From Podarcis vaucheri (Eukaryota): a stretch of 64,000 nucleotides of DNA. The position numbers were made by a program, and so were the translations under genes. The DNA lies in the NCBI GenBank assembly GCA_965113315.1, contig OZ220368.1. One strand, 5' to 3'. Shown here one piece after another: positions 24,387 to 39,096 of this stretch (its first letter is position 1; each line of letters opens with the position of its first letter). Under the pieces are notes generated by a model. That model was not told where the DNA came from and ran no database searches. It worked only from the letters and a program-made list of their open reading frames with translations.

Positions 24387-27300
24387 TAAATGAGATTTTC
24401 CTCCTTCCTCCAAATGTCCTTACAGGAGAAATATTTGGATGTTTGCTTTGTTGCTGTGAAATAAAGTCAAGCCACTGCCCCTGCTTTTAAAATCTTTATA
24501 GCTTCAGTTTCACTTGGCAGGCAGCGATGGTGGCCAGTAGTTATCATCATGGTGATTCAAGCATTTCTGTAATAGCTGAGGGAAAGAAATTATCCACATT
24601 GTAGCTATAATAGGTTGGGATTCATCCTTTTCTTACATACAGAAGACAGTAAATAATCATATTTAGGGTTACAGATGCTGCTGTAAATAGATGAAAGTCT
24701 CTGCTCCATTCTTCTCTTTGGGTTATATCCTCATCAGGCATAAACTGGAACACTAGCCTGTCAGACCATGCCAGGATCAGCCTAGTATGTGCATCAGCCT
24801 CAATTCATCCCCTTACTGCAGTGTGCTATGCCAAACCATCCCCCGTTAACATCAAGAGTAATTTTGCCAATGATTTCAGTAGCTTCACGGCTTATTGGTT
24901 AGAAAAGAGGTGACTGAAGAACAGGCAGGCATTTGTCTTAAACGTTCTCAAAAGTGATCCACACAGAAAGCCAGTTGCAGACACACTTGCTAATGTGAAT
25001 TCAAGGTTAGCAGTCACTGTAGAAGTATGTAGCTGGATTTAAATGAGGCTTTAATAAAAGGAAGGAGTTAATTGCTTGCTGTTGCAGGTGTTTTCACATT
25101 CTCACAATATTTATGGAACGTTTCACACTGCCATTGATTGTAGCTGAAGTTTGTGAGTCAAGTTAGGGATCAGTTGATCTGGACATTTACTTTGTTGTTG
25201 CTATAGGAGGCAAAGCTTGGTTTACATTTAGGTTTTTGTTGTATCGAAGGGCATTCTTAAAAGATAACTTCATACTACAAAGTTGTTCTGCAAACCTGAT
25301 GCAATCTTTCTTTCAGTGTCATCATCTCATTATAGTGGGAAGTTCAGGAACAATCTTTACGGGGGGTGTTTCTGCCATAGGAGGTACAAGGGTTATAGGG
25401 TATTTTTAAAGAAAACAACAACAACCCATTTGTTTATAAATGTGTATCATGAACCACCACCTGTACATATGAGGGTGCAGGGACAAGTGCATAGGCAGCA
25501 ACAGATGATGTTAATCAACTCCAAAGCCAGCCTAGCTCTTGTCACATCAAAATAAATAAATAAAAACGGCTGTTGCTTCCCAGTCAGCATGTTGAGGGAA
25601 AACTGGATGGTGACTCAACTCAGGCAGGTGTTTTTGTCCTCAGCTTTTGCATTGCAGCCAGGTTCCTATTAGAGACTGTTTTAGGGAAACAGAGTATACC
25701 ATACCAAATGTCTCTCCACCTTGTATAGTTGGGAAGCGTGATTCCCAATAACATTGTTGTATATTGCAGTAGTTCACATTCCAGGAACATTCTTTAGATT
25801 GGTATAATAGGATCATGTTTACAAATGACCTGTTTGCCACTCAGACTTGTTTACATTTTAACAAGTCCACGGCCAGATTAGGGAGTCTTAACTTCTCTTT
25901 CATCTGCCTGTGGCTTGTGAGCAGGTGTAGCATATGGAAACAAGCCACCAGCACTAAGTCACAACCTTGGAGGAAGCAAGGGCAGAGGTAGATCTGAACC
26001 AACAACATTCTGGCGTGGAGTTGCTGACAGAGTTCCCATCAGACTAGAGATTTCACAGAGAAATACAAGGATCTGTGACTGGTCTAGGGATTTTAAACTG
26101 GAAAATCATCATTAAAGATTAACAGTTTTAGGATGAAACCTGGACATGGCAACCTCTAAATCTTAATGCTGTAAACAGGCATTGAGTCTTTATGCAGCAT
26201 GCATATATGTTTCCTTGAATCCTATAGGGAATATATGTTCGTCATCACCCAGTGCAGCACACGTGTAATGGACATACTGTCTGTCAGTCCTTAGAGAAAT
26301 GGTCCGCCCTTTTTTTGTATTCTCTGTTTCAAAATCCTCCAGTGCTGCAATCTGTTCAGTAACTCCCTTCTGGGATTATTTATTGTCAAAACAGCAATCA
26401 ACAGAGTTTTAAAACCAGCTCAAAAGCTCTCTTGGCGTCCCTTTAGGATAGTTTCCAGGCATCACATTTGTTTGATACCAAAGCTGTTGTAAATCACTCC
26501 AAAATGTTCACTGATGTCATCTATTCATCCATAGGTGTTCTTTGGGCCTCCTTCTAACATTGCAGGAGTTGTTCAGGATTTTGTGTGGAAGTGTAACTGA
26601 GGTGCCAGTGGTGGGTCTCACGATCGTTAGGTGCCAGGAGCTATGTCAATAGATGATCGTGTTGCAGGGGCATTTCTGAATCACTGCAGAACAAAAAAAG
26701 AGAAAGAAATAAAAAAGCAACATTGTAGAGCATAAAATAGTTGAGCATGGAATACTGAAGAACTGATCCCTCCAAGTCATTCTTAGGCAAGACATTTGTC
26801 CCTCAGTCTAACAAGGTTGAGTGGTTAAATAAAATAGGATATTTTGCCAACTGCTTTGAAAATAGGGTGCAAAAGAAACCTAAGAAAGGCATTGAGGGAA
26901 TGCTTATTCTTGGCTATGGTCTTTACACTGTAGTAGAGGGAAAGGTTATACAGTATTCTTTCACAGAGCTGATAGGCCAACAAAGAACTGCTACAGTTAA
27001 ATAGGCTAATTCACCTGGGATTGGTTCTGCTGTCTGTTGTGGTTGCTTTTCTACCAATGGGGCAATTTTAATTAGCCAGAGTACAACACGAGATCAGCAT
27101 AATTAAAATCATGTCATTTCATTTCTAGATAACAGTTCAGTGGAAAAGTAGCCCCCCCCCCCGCTACTGCCCTGCTGTAGGTTAATGGGCAAATTCATTT
27201 CAACCGCCTTCTACCTCTTGTTTAGTCTTTTCTGCTTAGGGCCACACCTCAACTGTTACATACCCATTGTGCTTTCAGCGCATTCACTGGGATGAGTCTC

Positions 27301-30300
27301 CCTTTCATTTGGTATGGTGTTTATTGTGATAGACATGCTGAAATCATGTTGGCTGTGCAAAGTGTTAAACAGCCCTTTGGCAGTCAGCATCAGTACCACA
27401 GAAGCACTAGTGAAACAGGACACAAACCTCTCCCTTCTTCCACGTAGAAAACTCTTGCCTGTGTGAACTCAGTCTCATGCCAGTCCAGTTCACAGACCGC
27501 CTTCCCCGAAAGAATCAAGTGAAGCAGGCCTCTGCATCTTCCAGGCAGTCCCCCATAAGGTCTGGCTCAGATGGGATTATTTGCAAAGAGGGACCCTATG
27601 CCCCCCTATTTCATGCAAATGTATGAACCAGAGCTGAGTTGCTTACATACCCTGTATCCTCACAATGCATACATAAGGTGTGAATCAATAAAAAAAACTG
27701 GTTGGGTGAGATGTGAGGAGGTGAACGATGCAAGCATATTGTCAAACCAATAGGAGTCCTTCATTTTTAGAAGCTACTCCTGCTGGTGCCATTTTTAATA
27801 AAGGAAACTTACTGGAATAGAACATAAATCAATGGGCCTCTTACTGGGATGGCTCTTTTCAAACACCTGCTTGTAAATTAAAAATGAATAGAAACAAAAT
27901 GCAGCCACCCAGCATCAGGAAACCAAAAGCAGCCACGCAGTTTAGATGTGTTGTTTCCCGAAAGAGTAAAACCAGAGAATGCTGTAGAAATGTAGCAATA
28001 ATGATATTTTTAAAAACCCACCAAAAACCAGAGCTCAGGCCAATGTTTTAAGAATGCTGAGCGCATGTTGTTTTTGTGAGCCTGTAATAGCACCACTTAT
28101 ATCTAAAACAGTATGTGTTCCATAAAAAGGGCTGAGTAAATACTGATATAAAGCAGTGCATGGTAAGCTCCAGCCAAAGAAGGTAACAGGGGAATGTGAT
28201 CAAGCAGTAGGCTACTTTTCAGATAGTCTGCTCTTGGAACCCCATGAAGCCAATCACTAGTGCCTGGTACATGTTAAATCTATATTAAAATTTTGATGAA
28301 GAAATTGGGTTGGGGTTCATACATAACACATTTGTACCCTGTGGGGACAGACCTTTATCATTGCTGGTGCAGTTGCCCACCCGCCTCAAATGATGCCTAA
28401 ATTGATATCCATGCATGCTGTAACTAGTGGATTAGCAGGGTCATTCCTCAATTGTGGTTCCAGGGTATGGTGTGAAATCTTGCTGCCTCTGCTTCTCGCA
28501 TGGAAAGAAGATGGGATGTAAATTGTTTAAAATAAATTTATAATGACACATATTCCTATAGGCTTGGAGGCTGATCTGAGCCTGTTGAGACAGAAGGTTG
28601 CACAACACCTTCTGCCAAAATAAAGGTTTCTTCCCCTTCCCCTCCATCAAAAATTGGCAAAACTTCTTTCTGACATTCTCTTAAAAGTATCCTGCTAAAT
28701 TTAAGCAAATAGATGTCCTTTTCAGAAAAAAGTGGTCCCATCATCATTTTCAAACTGAGTTATTTTTGATTTCTTCATTGAGTAGGAGGGTAAATGGTTA
28801 TGTGCTCCTGGGGGCAAATGCAATCATATCTAATAGATTTAAAGGAGGGGGGGGTGTTATGCTGAATAATGAAGTTAACAGACACCAGGTTTCCATCCTG
28901 AGCTGCACAGTGCTTTGTCCATCTTAAACTGTTTCCTAAAAGTCCCAGCTTCTGTTTAATGCAATCACTTTTATGCTTTATGTTCTCTTCTGTATTTCTT
29001 GACATGATCTAGTCATTTGGCCTGTTAAAAACAAAACAGCCCCCCCACCACCACCTCAACCCACTGCAGGGAACAAAGTGGTCTCTGTTGGTGAAACTGA
29101 GAACAATCCCTAGGGCTGTTTTTATTTATGGTTGCCTTAGCTGGGCTGACGAGATCAAGATGTCCTGATCTACTGAGATCTCTAGACCATCTTGCTCTGC
29201 TCGGCAAGAGTCTAAATAGTGTCGCTTCAATGAATTACCTGTGCTCTTTCATGGTGGCAACAACTTTTCTACAGCTGCAGGTCACACTTTTGTGACTGTG
29301 TGGTATAAACTAGGCCTCATCGTGGAATTGTAATAAATCTCCTGCATGTTGAGCTGGCAATGTAACCCTTTCAGGAGCCAACTGTTCATTGCAAACTGGA
29401 CAGCAAGCAGTGATAAAAGGAAATCGGTTAGGGGGCAGAGACATTCCTTTCCCCCCTGCTGGGTCTGCCAGTTAACCCTGCCAGGAACCAGAAAACCAGG
29501 CTAGAGGTGTCAATGGAAAATGAGCTAGGGGAGGAGGGAAAACATTGCAGAAGTCAGAACAGTTTCCTAGCAAATCTACTTGACTCCTGCTCTGACTGGG
29601 GATGAGGACCCTCAACAGCCTGAGCTGCATTAACAGGAACAGCATGATACAATTTGCAAACTCTTCTACACTTTGGAAACTGCTGGGGGGGGGGGAGAGA
29701 GAGACACAAATACAGAACAGCCCCTGATGGAATCTGATTGTATTTTATATGGGTGCTGTGTTTGTTTCTTAAGAGCCTCGTGGATTTATGTGGCATGTTT
29801 ATAAGAAACTAAGGATCTGTGTGTCGGTGCTACTCAAGTGGGGTCAGAATGTAAGCAAAACCCCTGCTCTTCCTTATTGCAACCTACAAAAAAGATTTGT
29901 GCATCCTCTTCCCTCCTCATTCTGGTACTCGTTTCTTTCTGGAATTACCTTGTTTCTAACCGGTGTTGTTTCTAGCTCCATACCACAAAGTGTTTAACGT
30001 ATTACCACTTCCCATCACAGAAGTGTGTGAATGGCATCAGGGCATGCATGCTTATTTGTTGGGATGTAGTACAGTGGGTTTGTTGCGTGAGAGAACTAGT
30101 GCTTTGATTTCTTCTTAATATGGAACTGGGTCCATCAGGGCCTATGGGGAGTCCATGGGAACCGCAGGGGAAGTGCTGTACAAGATATTTGTGTTTGACC
30201 TTGACGTTTACAAGGGCATGCATCTCTAGCCTGTATGAAGTATATCAGATGCAGCCACAAGCATGTGTGAAATGGGCAAGGGCTAATGTACAGATTTAAC

Positions 30301-32944
30301 ATTAAAAGCCCCAAGACGTACTACTGTGTTTCACTGTGTTTAAAGAATATAATGAACCTGGTCCCTAATATTCTGTTAGTATTTTCCCTGTTAATCTACA
30401 GCACAAGTAATCATAGGCCTGCAACCAGGGCTTCCAGAAAACTCTTACTCTTAGGTGGCATTCCATCATATCTCCCTAAAACATACAGAGCAGCTCTTGT
30501 TTCAAAGCACCCCGGGCCCATTAAACTACCTGGAACTAATGCTGCTGCTACAGGGTGATTTGTTTCTGAGATTTCCTTCTGACAGGCCCCTAACTTGGAT
30601 CATATACTGGCTGATCTTGATGACCTTTGATGCAAAGACTCCAGATCTAAAGAGCAGTGAAAGCCCAGAGCGAAGTACACCTTCAGACTCCAGCCATAGA
30701 CAGTTAATGTTCCTTCTAGGAGGCCGTGAAATCAATCTTCCAGGTCAATATGTGGCCTGCCTCAGCATTATGTTTATGCATTTCTGACAGAGCTGGTTGC
30801 AGCCTCACTTGCATTGGTGAACCTTTCATTGTTTTAGCGGATTTCAGCTCATACCTCTTTGAACATTTCATTGCCAATATGCAGTCTTCTGTCACCCAGC
30901 TGCAACAGTGAAACCAACACTCTCTTCTATAGATTTCAAGGGCACAATGTTCTACTGCTTACTCTTAGACCAGGAAAGGAGAAGTAACTATCAATCTGTC
31001 TTTCTTCCCTGTAGTGCACTAGGAAATTATCACAGTGTTTGTTAAGCACTATGACTCAAATGAATCAGGAAGCTCAGCCCTTAACAGCCTGTGGCTTCAT
31101 CTGGTATCCTCTGCCTCACCCACAGTAGTGGTCCAGCCTTCATCATGTTCTCCACAACTGCTAGTCTGCTACACTACCTCTTATTAATGAGAAGCTGCAT
31201 CTGTGCCCCAGAGTTAAGGGGACAGTAGGATTCCAGGCATTTTGAACCACCAAAAGTTTGGTTGCTGGTCAGAACCAGAAATATAGACACTCATCAAGAT
31301 GTTGCTAATTGTCAACCACTGCATTTTGAGCTTCCAAATTGTTGAAAGCGAACGTAGTTATATCTTTTGTTATCTAGTGTTGCCGAGAACTCAGTTAAAC
31401 TGAAACTCTGCACTTGCCCGGATACTGTGTGTGCATTTTAGCTCTGCTCTGAGCAGCGCACCTGGTGCCATTGTGGTGAATCAGAGAAAGTGATTATTGT
31501 TCAGATTTAAGCACATCCCAGTTTAGCAGTAAGCTAAAGAAAGTCCCCAACAACAACAGTACTTGAGATTGAACTGTGCAAGGGTCTGAAGACATATGCT
31601 CAAGCCTAATTAGTTGCTGGAACTTTTGCCACTAAACTCTTATTCAATTATCAATTAACTCTAGGAAAGTAACAATAGGGCATCCTCCAGCAAGCATCTT
31701 CTCCCACTAATTGGATTATATTCCTTTGGAAACATCCCCACCTTTCCCAATAAGGGACATCTCAGTCACCTGGGCTGTGAGTTTTGATTAACCAGAGCTC
31801 TCTCATGACCTCCCTGCCTCTCTCTGGCAGGAAAATTGTATTGTGATGTTTATTGACAGCTATATCCTTGGCATTCAATGCCCCTTCCTTCCAGCCCTGT
31901 CCTTAATGAGATCACTCTTTGTGTTACAGCTATGCCCATCAAGAAGTTTCTTTCTTACAACTAACTGGTCACCTCTCATTCTCCACTATGACCAATCTTT
32001 CTCCACTGAAGCTGTCCCATGTCTCTCTCCTATTCATTCAGCTTTTTGAAATCCTCCAGGACGCTCTTCCACATCATCCAACTCTCTGACACCATGGATG
32101 CCATTGGGAGTCAGACTACTTCTTCAGCTTACCTGGATCACAAATCTTGCATCCTTTCTGCCTCCCTGCTTCTTAGCCATGCCCATTTCCTCCTCTTACA
32201 TTAGTCAGGACCCCTGCAGGAAGCACAAGCCAGTGTTACCCTGAAAGGAAGCCTTTTCATGGAACCTAGGGTAGGGAGAGGATTTATCTCAGTGGGAATT
32301 TATGAAACCTAGCCTACCTTGAGCCACCCCATCAACACTTGAGACTAGAAAATATTTTCTGCTTGTTTACTGAAAGCTCACAAGCTTGCTGTTAATGATG
32401 TCCAGGCGGATTAGCCTCAAATAATTTGTGCTTAGTTTTTGCCGAGAGTCCAAGACCCAGCCCTGACCTTGCACCCGCAGGTCACAGTAAAACTCTGAAA
32501 GCAATAAAACTCTTTACTCCCCCTTCCTTGGGACAGGTAATTATTAATGTCTTCCTACTACCTCTATCTTGCTCATTCCCATAATCTTGCTGCTCTAAAG
32601 TCCTGTGATTTGCATTTGAGCTTTCCCCATAGTACCTTTTCCCTGCCCATCTTTACCCGATATAAGGCAGTTTATCTGCTTCTTTTTAGCTTTGTAACAG
32701 GAAATGTTTGCACTTATGGTTTGGGCAATGTGAGTTTGAGTAGCTTCTGTGACAACATGGATAAGATACAGGTTTGTGAGTTGTATGTATGTATAGGAAC
32801 ATGAGCAAATCTAGTAGCACAAGTGTTTGCTTGAATCTTGTCATGATTTTGATCTTGTGCGTGTCATGAATTTGGTCCCAAAAGTTAAATACAATGTATA
32901 CAATTAATATTGTAATGATTTAAGAGGTGACTTTCAATGTGACT

Positions 32945-32951
<7 letters not shown>

Positions 32952-32984
<33 letters not shown>
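32952..32984. repeat. (CT)16 microsatellite
   Basis: Direct reading. Confidence 0.95.
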
Positions 32985-32989
<5 letters not shown>

Positions 32990-33182
32990 TCCTATGAACT
33001 CCACCAGAGGGGTCCACTATCAGTAGCAATCAAATTTTAATAATTAGGCAATAATTTCCTAAATACCTTCTTATTAGTTATAGTTAACGGGTGCTGAAAA
33101 TAAGCACCCTGAGATTGCCTCACAAAGTGAAAATTTCATATTTGTAGTTGTAGATGTGTGTGAGGAATAAATAGAGGATTAA

Positions 33183-33492
33183 ATAGACTCATAGATATTA
33201 CAGGTTCAGTTCCAGACCAGCACAATAAAGTGAATATTGTACTAAAGTGAGTTACAATGGTTTCCCAGTGCATTTAGTTATGTTGACACTATAGAGTTGC
33301 TTATTAAGCCATGACCCGCTGGCTGCAGGAATGGGAAGGGAAAACCCTCCTCCAACCCTAACCAGCTCCACTCCTGTGGCAAGAAGAGGCTTCCTTCTCC
33401 TGGAAGCAGCTGGGCTGCCTGCCTGCAGCTGTACCCACAACCTCCTCCGAAGCAGCAATGTAGGTGAAATACAATAAAACAGGGTGTTCCTG
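33183..33492 (+). mobile_element. Tigger1-like (pogo) non-autonomous derivative
   Basis: Left end agatattacaggttcagttccagaccagcacaataaagtgaatat...ggtttcccagtgcat...agttatgttgacactata and right end caataaaacagggtgttcctg+TA resemble recalled Tigger1 termini. Confidence 0.7.
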
Positions 33493-34504
33493 TAATAAGT
33501 TTCCAAGCAGTTATTGCTGATTCAAATACGCAAAAGAAGTGATGACTTGTCCAAAGTATTGACAGTTAAACCAATTGCATGGAATGAGGCATGATGATGG
33601 GGAAGAATATGTTCTGATTACAGAGTAGTTAAACCAGAATGCAAATGACCTTTGCAGCAATGGTATGGCATATTACTCTAATGAACATAATCACCATATT
33701 TGCCATATTTGCAATATACATGTGGATATATCCATAGAACTAAACAGGTATGTTTCATACATCCCTGATTTTAAATACCTTAAAATTTCATTGTATAATT
33801 CGGACAAAACTGAAGGTAGTTTTTTCCCCCTACGCCAGTACAGAAACCACTTGTGCTATTTACCACCTGCTCTCTAAGTTAGCAATTTATGACCTGCTCT
33901 CTAGGTGTACTTTCCATTGTTTCTTTCTTTATCAAGGTGTTAAGCAAGTCTCTTGAAATCTGCCAATGGCCACTTGCCCTTGGACTAGTAGGATTACTGG
34001 GGGTGGGAATTCGGATTCAACACTGACTTAACAGTGGTCTTGCAGAGATCTCTCTACTATTTGACTTGTGCTTCAAGTGGTTTAATGCACAGAGAAGGTC
34101 TGAAAGCTTGAGTTGATTTGTTTTTAAAGGGGTCACGCACTGGGATTTTATTTGATACAGTACATCTGTGTCTAGCCCTTTATATTACATTTCCTTTCAC
34201 AGGTCTTCTTTACAGTGGCTTAGGACTTTTTATTCATTTAGTCACTCTAATGCTGGTGTCAACAGATGCTTATTGCTTCACTGGAACTTACAGAACAAAT
34301 GTTGTTTTAAATGGAGACACCCTTTAATTGTGCTATAAAGTTGGTGGTCAAGGTAGGACCTTGTATTTTATCCTCAATGTCCTCCTTTTTTACTCAGTTT
34401 AGGCACTGCTTTTTCTCCTATTGTAGTTGCAACTATTCCTTGTGCCTTCTATGGTAATTCTGGTGTGTGTTGTGCTTCCCAATGTCTGTATCATTAACCT
34501 AGAC

Positions 34505-34800
34505 CAGGGATGAAGAACCGCAGGCCTGCAGGGCTTCTCTATCCAGCCCTTTGTACTCCCAGGACACAAACCCCTCCCCAACCTTGCTTTCCATTCTTCT
34601 CGAGTGTTTGTGCTTTCCTGAATGGATGGAGAGGGTGTGGCTGTGTGTGTGTGTAGAAACTAGCCTACAGAACACAGGTAAAATTCATATTCATTCCTCT
34701 GCCCACCTTTGCCTTTGGCTCTACCCACCCTTGGCATTTAGCTTCTGGAAGGATCCTCAGAAAGAAAAGCGGGTCTTGGGCTGAAAAACATCCCCACTCC
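34505..34800. mobile_element. Degenerate hAT-like MITE
   Basis: Termini ccagggatgaagaacc and gggctgaaaaacatccccactcct. Confidence 0.4.
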
Positions 34801-37800
34801 TTTTCTATACCATGCTGTTATGGATGCTGTCTGCTCAAACCTTTTTTGCTTGACATTGCTTGCTAATGTGCCGAACGTCTGACAGGTGTTTCCTAATGGA
34901 GCCAATGGCTAGGAAGCAGGGCCAGCCCAAAGCATTCACCGTTTAGAGTGGAAGCAGATGGTGCCCCATCCCCTCCGTTCACACAAACAAATGGAGACAG
35001 CGGGTAACAATAATAGGAAGGCGAATGCCAACTTTAGCTTCCCCAACTCTTCTTTACTGCATCTGCTTCTGCACCTGTGGAGAACAGCAGCCTGTTGAGG
35101 AGCCAGAAGGTGGAGCCAGAAAGTGGGTTGGTCCTTTGGGTTAGGATGAGGGCGAGGAAACTCCCATTGGCAATTGTTTGTGAATGGGCTTGCTCCTAGG
35201 TCAAAGATGGAGGGGTGAGTCAACCTGACTTCTAAGTGAGAGGTAGATGCTGGAGAACTGCCTTTGTGGTGAGAGAATGAATGCAGCTCACTAGTGCACA
35301 AAGTGTGGATGATGGGGTGCCTAATGTTTGCTATTTTGTATTATATTTGCTTTTGTATTAATCTGTTCACTGTTTGGGGGACCTTTGAGCCAAACAGTGG
35401 CATATAGACAAACCAATGAATGAATGAAAGCCAAAGTGTGTAATAACCAAGGCCAGCCAAGTTATTTAGTACCTGAGTCAGGAAATCCCGCAAGCACCTC
35501 CTTCCCTCCCTAGTAGTAAAAGTAAAGTAGAAACAAATTAAATAGCAAACCATTTATTGCCCTTTCATGATGCCTGAAATCAGGGGTCTGACATGGCTCT
35601 CTCACTCAGCCTAATGGCAGTGATTCTTGTTTTGCATTCTGAACGGGAAAGATCACTCTGGAATGTATGGAATATGAAAAGCATCAGAGTTCAGGGGAAA
35701 TGACATCTACACATGGCCCAGCTAAGGAGACCCAATTAACTGGCAGACCTGTAGGCTATACTTTCCCTTTCCCACCTCTAAGCCATGTAGATACATTCTA
35801 AATGAACCCAGAAGCATAAATTAAGACAAAGGCCCATAAATGTAGGCATACCCATACTGAAAGGATACTTTCAATGTATATCCATCCATCAGCAATCATC
35901 ATGGTGGGAATGAAAACCCCTCAACCTGGTCTCCAGCTAATCTCTGGCTATTCTTGCCATTTCATTTAGGGGTCCCCAGCATGGACCCCATGGGCACCGT
36001 AACACCCCCAGACATTCTCCTTGACACCCACCAAGGCATCCTGTCACTTCCTCCCCCCCTTTTTAGTTGAGGCTTATGGGCTTCTTATTGTTGCTTGTTT
36101 GGGGGTGCTGTCTGCTTTTTAAAATTTGTGTGACATTTGTCTGGGGGAGATATAGGTATTTTGCCTGTTTACAGGAGGGGCCAGTTTTGAGCAGGATAGT
36201 AATGGAGTTTTTACTATTCAAATACATCTATTGGCAAATATATTTTTCAATTCATTCCTTTTTACTTAGAAGAAAAGTTGAGCAGGTGAAAGTTATTTCT
36301 GCAGTTCTGCTTTCCTATTCCTTATGTGAAAATGCATCTTTTGGTTGTGCTATGTGAAGAAAGAGCCTCTTCCCCCCTTTATCTGCTCTGGATGTTGCAA
36401 ACTTACTGCTGCTGAGATCCCAGGAAAGTCCTATTCTGTCATCTGCTTTTGTTAAGAAATAAAATGCATTGCTTTTGCATTTGTCAACATTAAGCCTCAT
36501 TTGCTGTGCATCAGCCAAGCAACGTGGCTGGGAGAAGGAGACTCTAACATTTCTATGCTGGCTTTTCTTTCTTCTTCTGGTCTCCCCCCTCCTGCTGCAT
36601 CCACTCGGATGCCCAATTCCATGTTGTCAGCAGACTTAACCAGTTTTCAGTCAGCTTCTCAGAGCCATTTATATAAATTAGGCCTAGCAGGGGCTCCCAG
36701 AATCGCACAGCAACAAACATTACTTTGCATTTGTTGACTTTAATTTTCACATTGCCGTATGTTGACCCAGTTCCGGAGTAGCTGTAAATCGTGGGTTGCT
36801 TTTTGGCTGTGTTTTCTCAGCCCTGCCAGTGAATTTGGGAAGCCTAAAAATTCTGTCTCCCCAAGTCATTTGCATAACCTAAAAACGGCAGCGGGAAAGT
36901 CATATGCACTGACCTAATTTAGCTACTTCGGCCATTTCATCTCCTTTCTGTTCCACTGCCTGATCTGTAGCCATTCTCACTGCTGCTTTCCACTAAATTT
37001 GTCACTTTCTCTGGGGAATTTAGCTAAGCTGCCTACAAAACCTGGCTGAGTTGCTATAAGGGCAAATAGTACTTTAGCAGTTTAAATGGGATAGAAGGAT
37101 CAGAGACTTAACAGAATTTCTAGAATATTTGCTTTATTTACAAATCTACAAGTAGATAAAGGGAGGCAAAGAGGCAAGTGAGAGATCCTCTCCCAGAGAG
37201 GATCAGGACAACCCTCCAGCTTTGTGCTTCCTCCAAGCACCTTGGTTACAGATCATTCATCATGATTTGTTTTCAGGAAGATTAGATGACACTGGTTACT
37301 TACTAAGAATTCATTCTGATTTGTTTCCAGGGAGGGTAGATGATATTATGTCAAGCAAATGTTATTCCACACTTTCCAGTGCATCACCTTTCTTATCGCA
37401 AAAAGTCTGATTTTTTTTTTAGATGTGTAGGTTGCTCTCCCCCATATCCATTTTAATTGCACAGCCTTAATTTTCCAGTATGTGACTGAATCCCACCTGA
37501 AAATATTAACACTCTTGTTAGTAACTCCCATTTCTCTCTCCCCCCCATTTCCAGCAGCAAATATTACTGTTTCTCTTAGATTTATTTATATTTTCTCTTT
37601 TAAAAAACTATACATTGTCTTATTGCAAACCAAACATCAAGTGGGGGTATGGGTGGGTGGGTGTGTATGCATGCTGGATACTAACCTCTGCCTCCCCTAG
37701 CCCTTGGGTTTGTTTGTGTAGAGTTTTTTTGTTTGTTTGTTTGCTATTTCTGCAAACCCAGGGGTACACACAAGCTTGCTGATACCTCTTGGATAGGTCT

Positions 37801-38820
37801 TGTGCCATTACATAAGCTTTGACAGTCACCTCTGTCAAATATCAGAAAGATATCTGCCATAGATCATGTATGTGTGCACGAACACATATACAAAGTGCTT
37901 CTATGTTTTAGGGAGAGGTCCTGAGATTTTTTTCTCCCCCACTCCTCCACTGTTTTCCCCAATGCTTTGATTTGGAGCTGGGTTTCTGCGATTCAGTTTG
38001 ACTAGTTCATTTCTCCTGGGAAAGGCAGGTTTGGTTGCCTTTCAGTACAGGAGAAAAGGTGAGGTCTTTTCTGTTAGCGTGAATATGAAAGAAAAGCCTA
38101 AAGAGAAGAAATGCCCATTCGAAGGGCAGAAAGTCACAGCATTTCTGCTGCTACTTTCCGGGAACAAAAATAGCAAGAGCAGGTCCCAGCTGCTGGCCAC
38201 TGTGGGTTTGAAAAGGTTATCAAGACATTATAGCATATAAACAGCAGAGCTATTAGCTCTGAGCTGTGAAAAGTTTCTAACCTTCACAGCGAAAACCTTA
38301 AATTATTTTTGAAGTGTTAATGAAAGTCAGCTCTCCAAAGATGGATGTGGAGCAAGGAATTGCATCAGACAAATGGCAAGTAATGTATTAATAGTTATTG
38401 CTTCAGAAGGCCCTGAGGGGGGGGGGGGTCTGAGGTGGCTGAAAGTCAGCCACCTTCATATGAATCTCTCCCGTGAAAAAAAGAAAATCCTGGGTGTAAT
38501 ATTGATCATGCCCAACCAACTAGGAGGTATTCCTCCTCCAATGGTTCCAGGCAAGAAAATCATAAAAGAGCTCCAACTTTCTGGCTGTGATGTTACATTA
38601 TGTCCCATGGCGTCTTGGCTCATCCTGCAAGCTGCAGCAAAAGGGGGAGGAGGTCAGTAGGAGAAGGAGTTCAGCACAGTCAAAGGAAAAGCAAGATTGA
38701 CTCAATTTCTCTTCACATTCAGATTTCATTTCCACAGGATTGGTCTCAGCGAAAAACCATGGGGGGGTGTCAGTGGTTTATTCCCTCAGGGTTAGGGGAG
38801 ACTTCATGTTCCAATAACTA

Positions 38821-39049
38821 CAGTGGTACCTTGGGTTACAGACGCTTCAGGTTACAGACACTTCAGGTTACAGACTCAGAACCCAGAAATAATAGCTCAG
38901 GTTAAGAACTTTACTTCAGGATGAGAACAGAAATTGCGTGGCGGCAGTGGGAGGCCCCATTAGCTAAAGTGGTACCTCAGGTTAAGAACAATTTCAGGTT
39001 AAGAACGGACCTCCAGAACGAATTAAGTTATTAACCCAGAGTACCACTG
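38821..39049. mobile_element. Tc1/mariner-pogo MITE with TA TSD
   Basis: TA|CAGTGGTACCTTGGGTTA ... TAACCCAGAGTACCACTG|TA (16/18 TIR match) with internal ttcaggtta(c/a) repeats. Confidence 0.9.
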
Positions 39050-39096
39050 TACTGCTTTGGTCCACTGCTAATAACCCCATGGAGAAATATTATCAG

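Noticed and set aside
31830-32210. Ancient L2-like fragment
   Set aside because: The C/T-rich composition is suggestive, but I could not read a diagnostic motif.
38830-39010. CRISPR-like repeat-spacer pattern (ttcaggtta units)
   Set aside because: These are irregular subterminal repeats inside a TA-flanked MITE in a vertebrate intron, with no cas genes.
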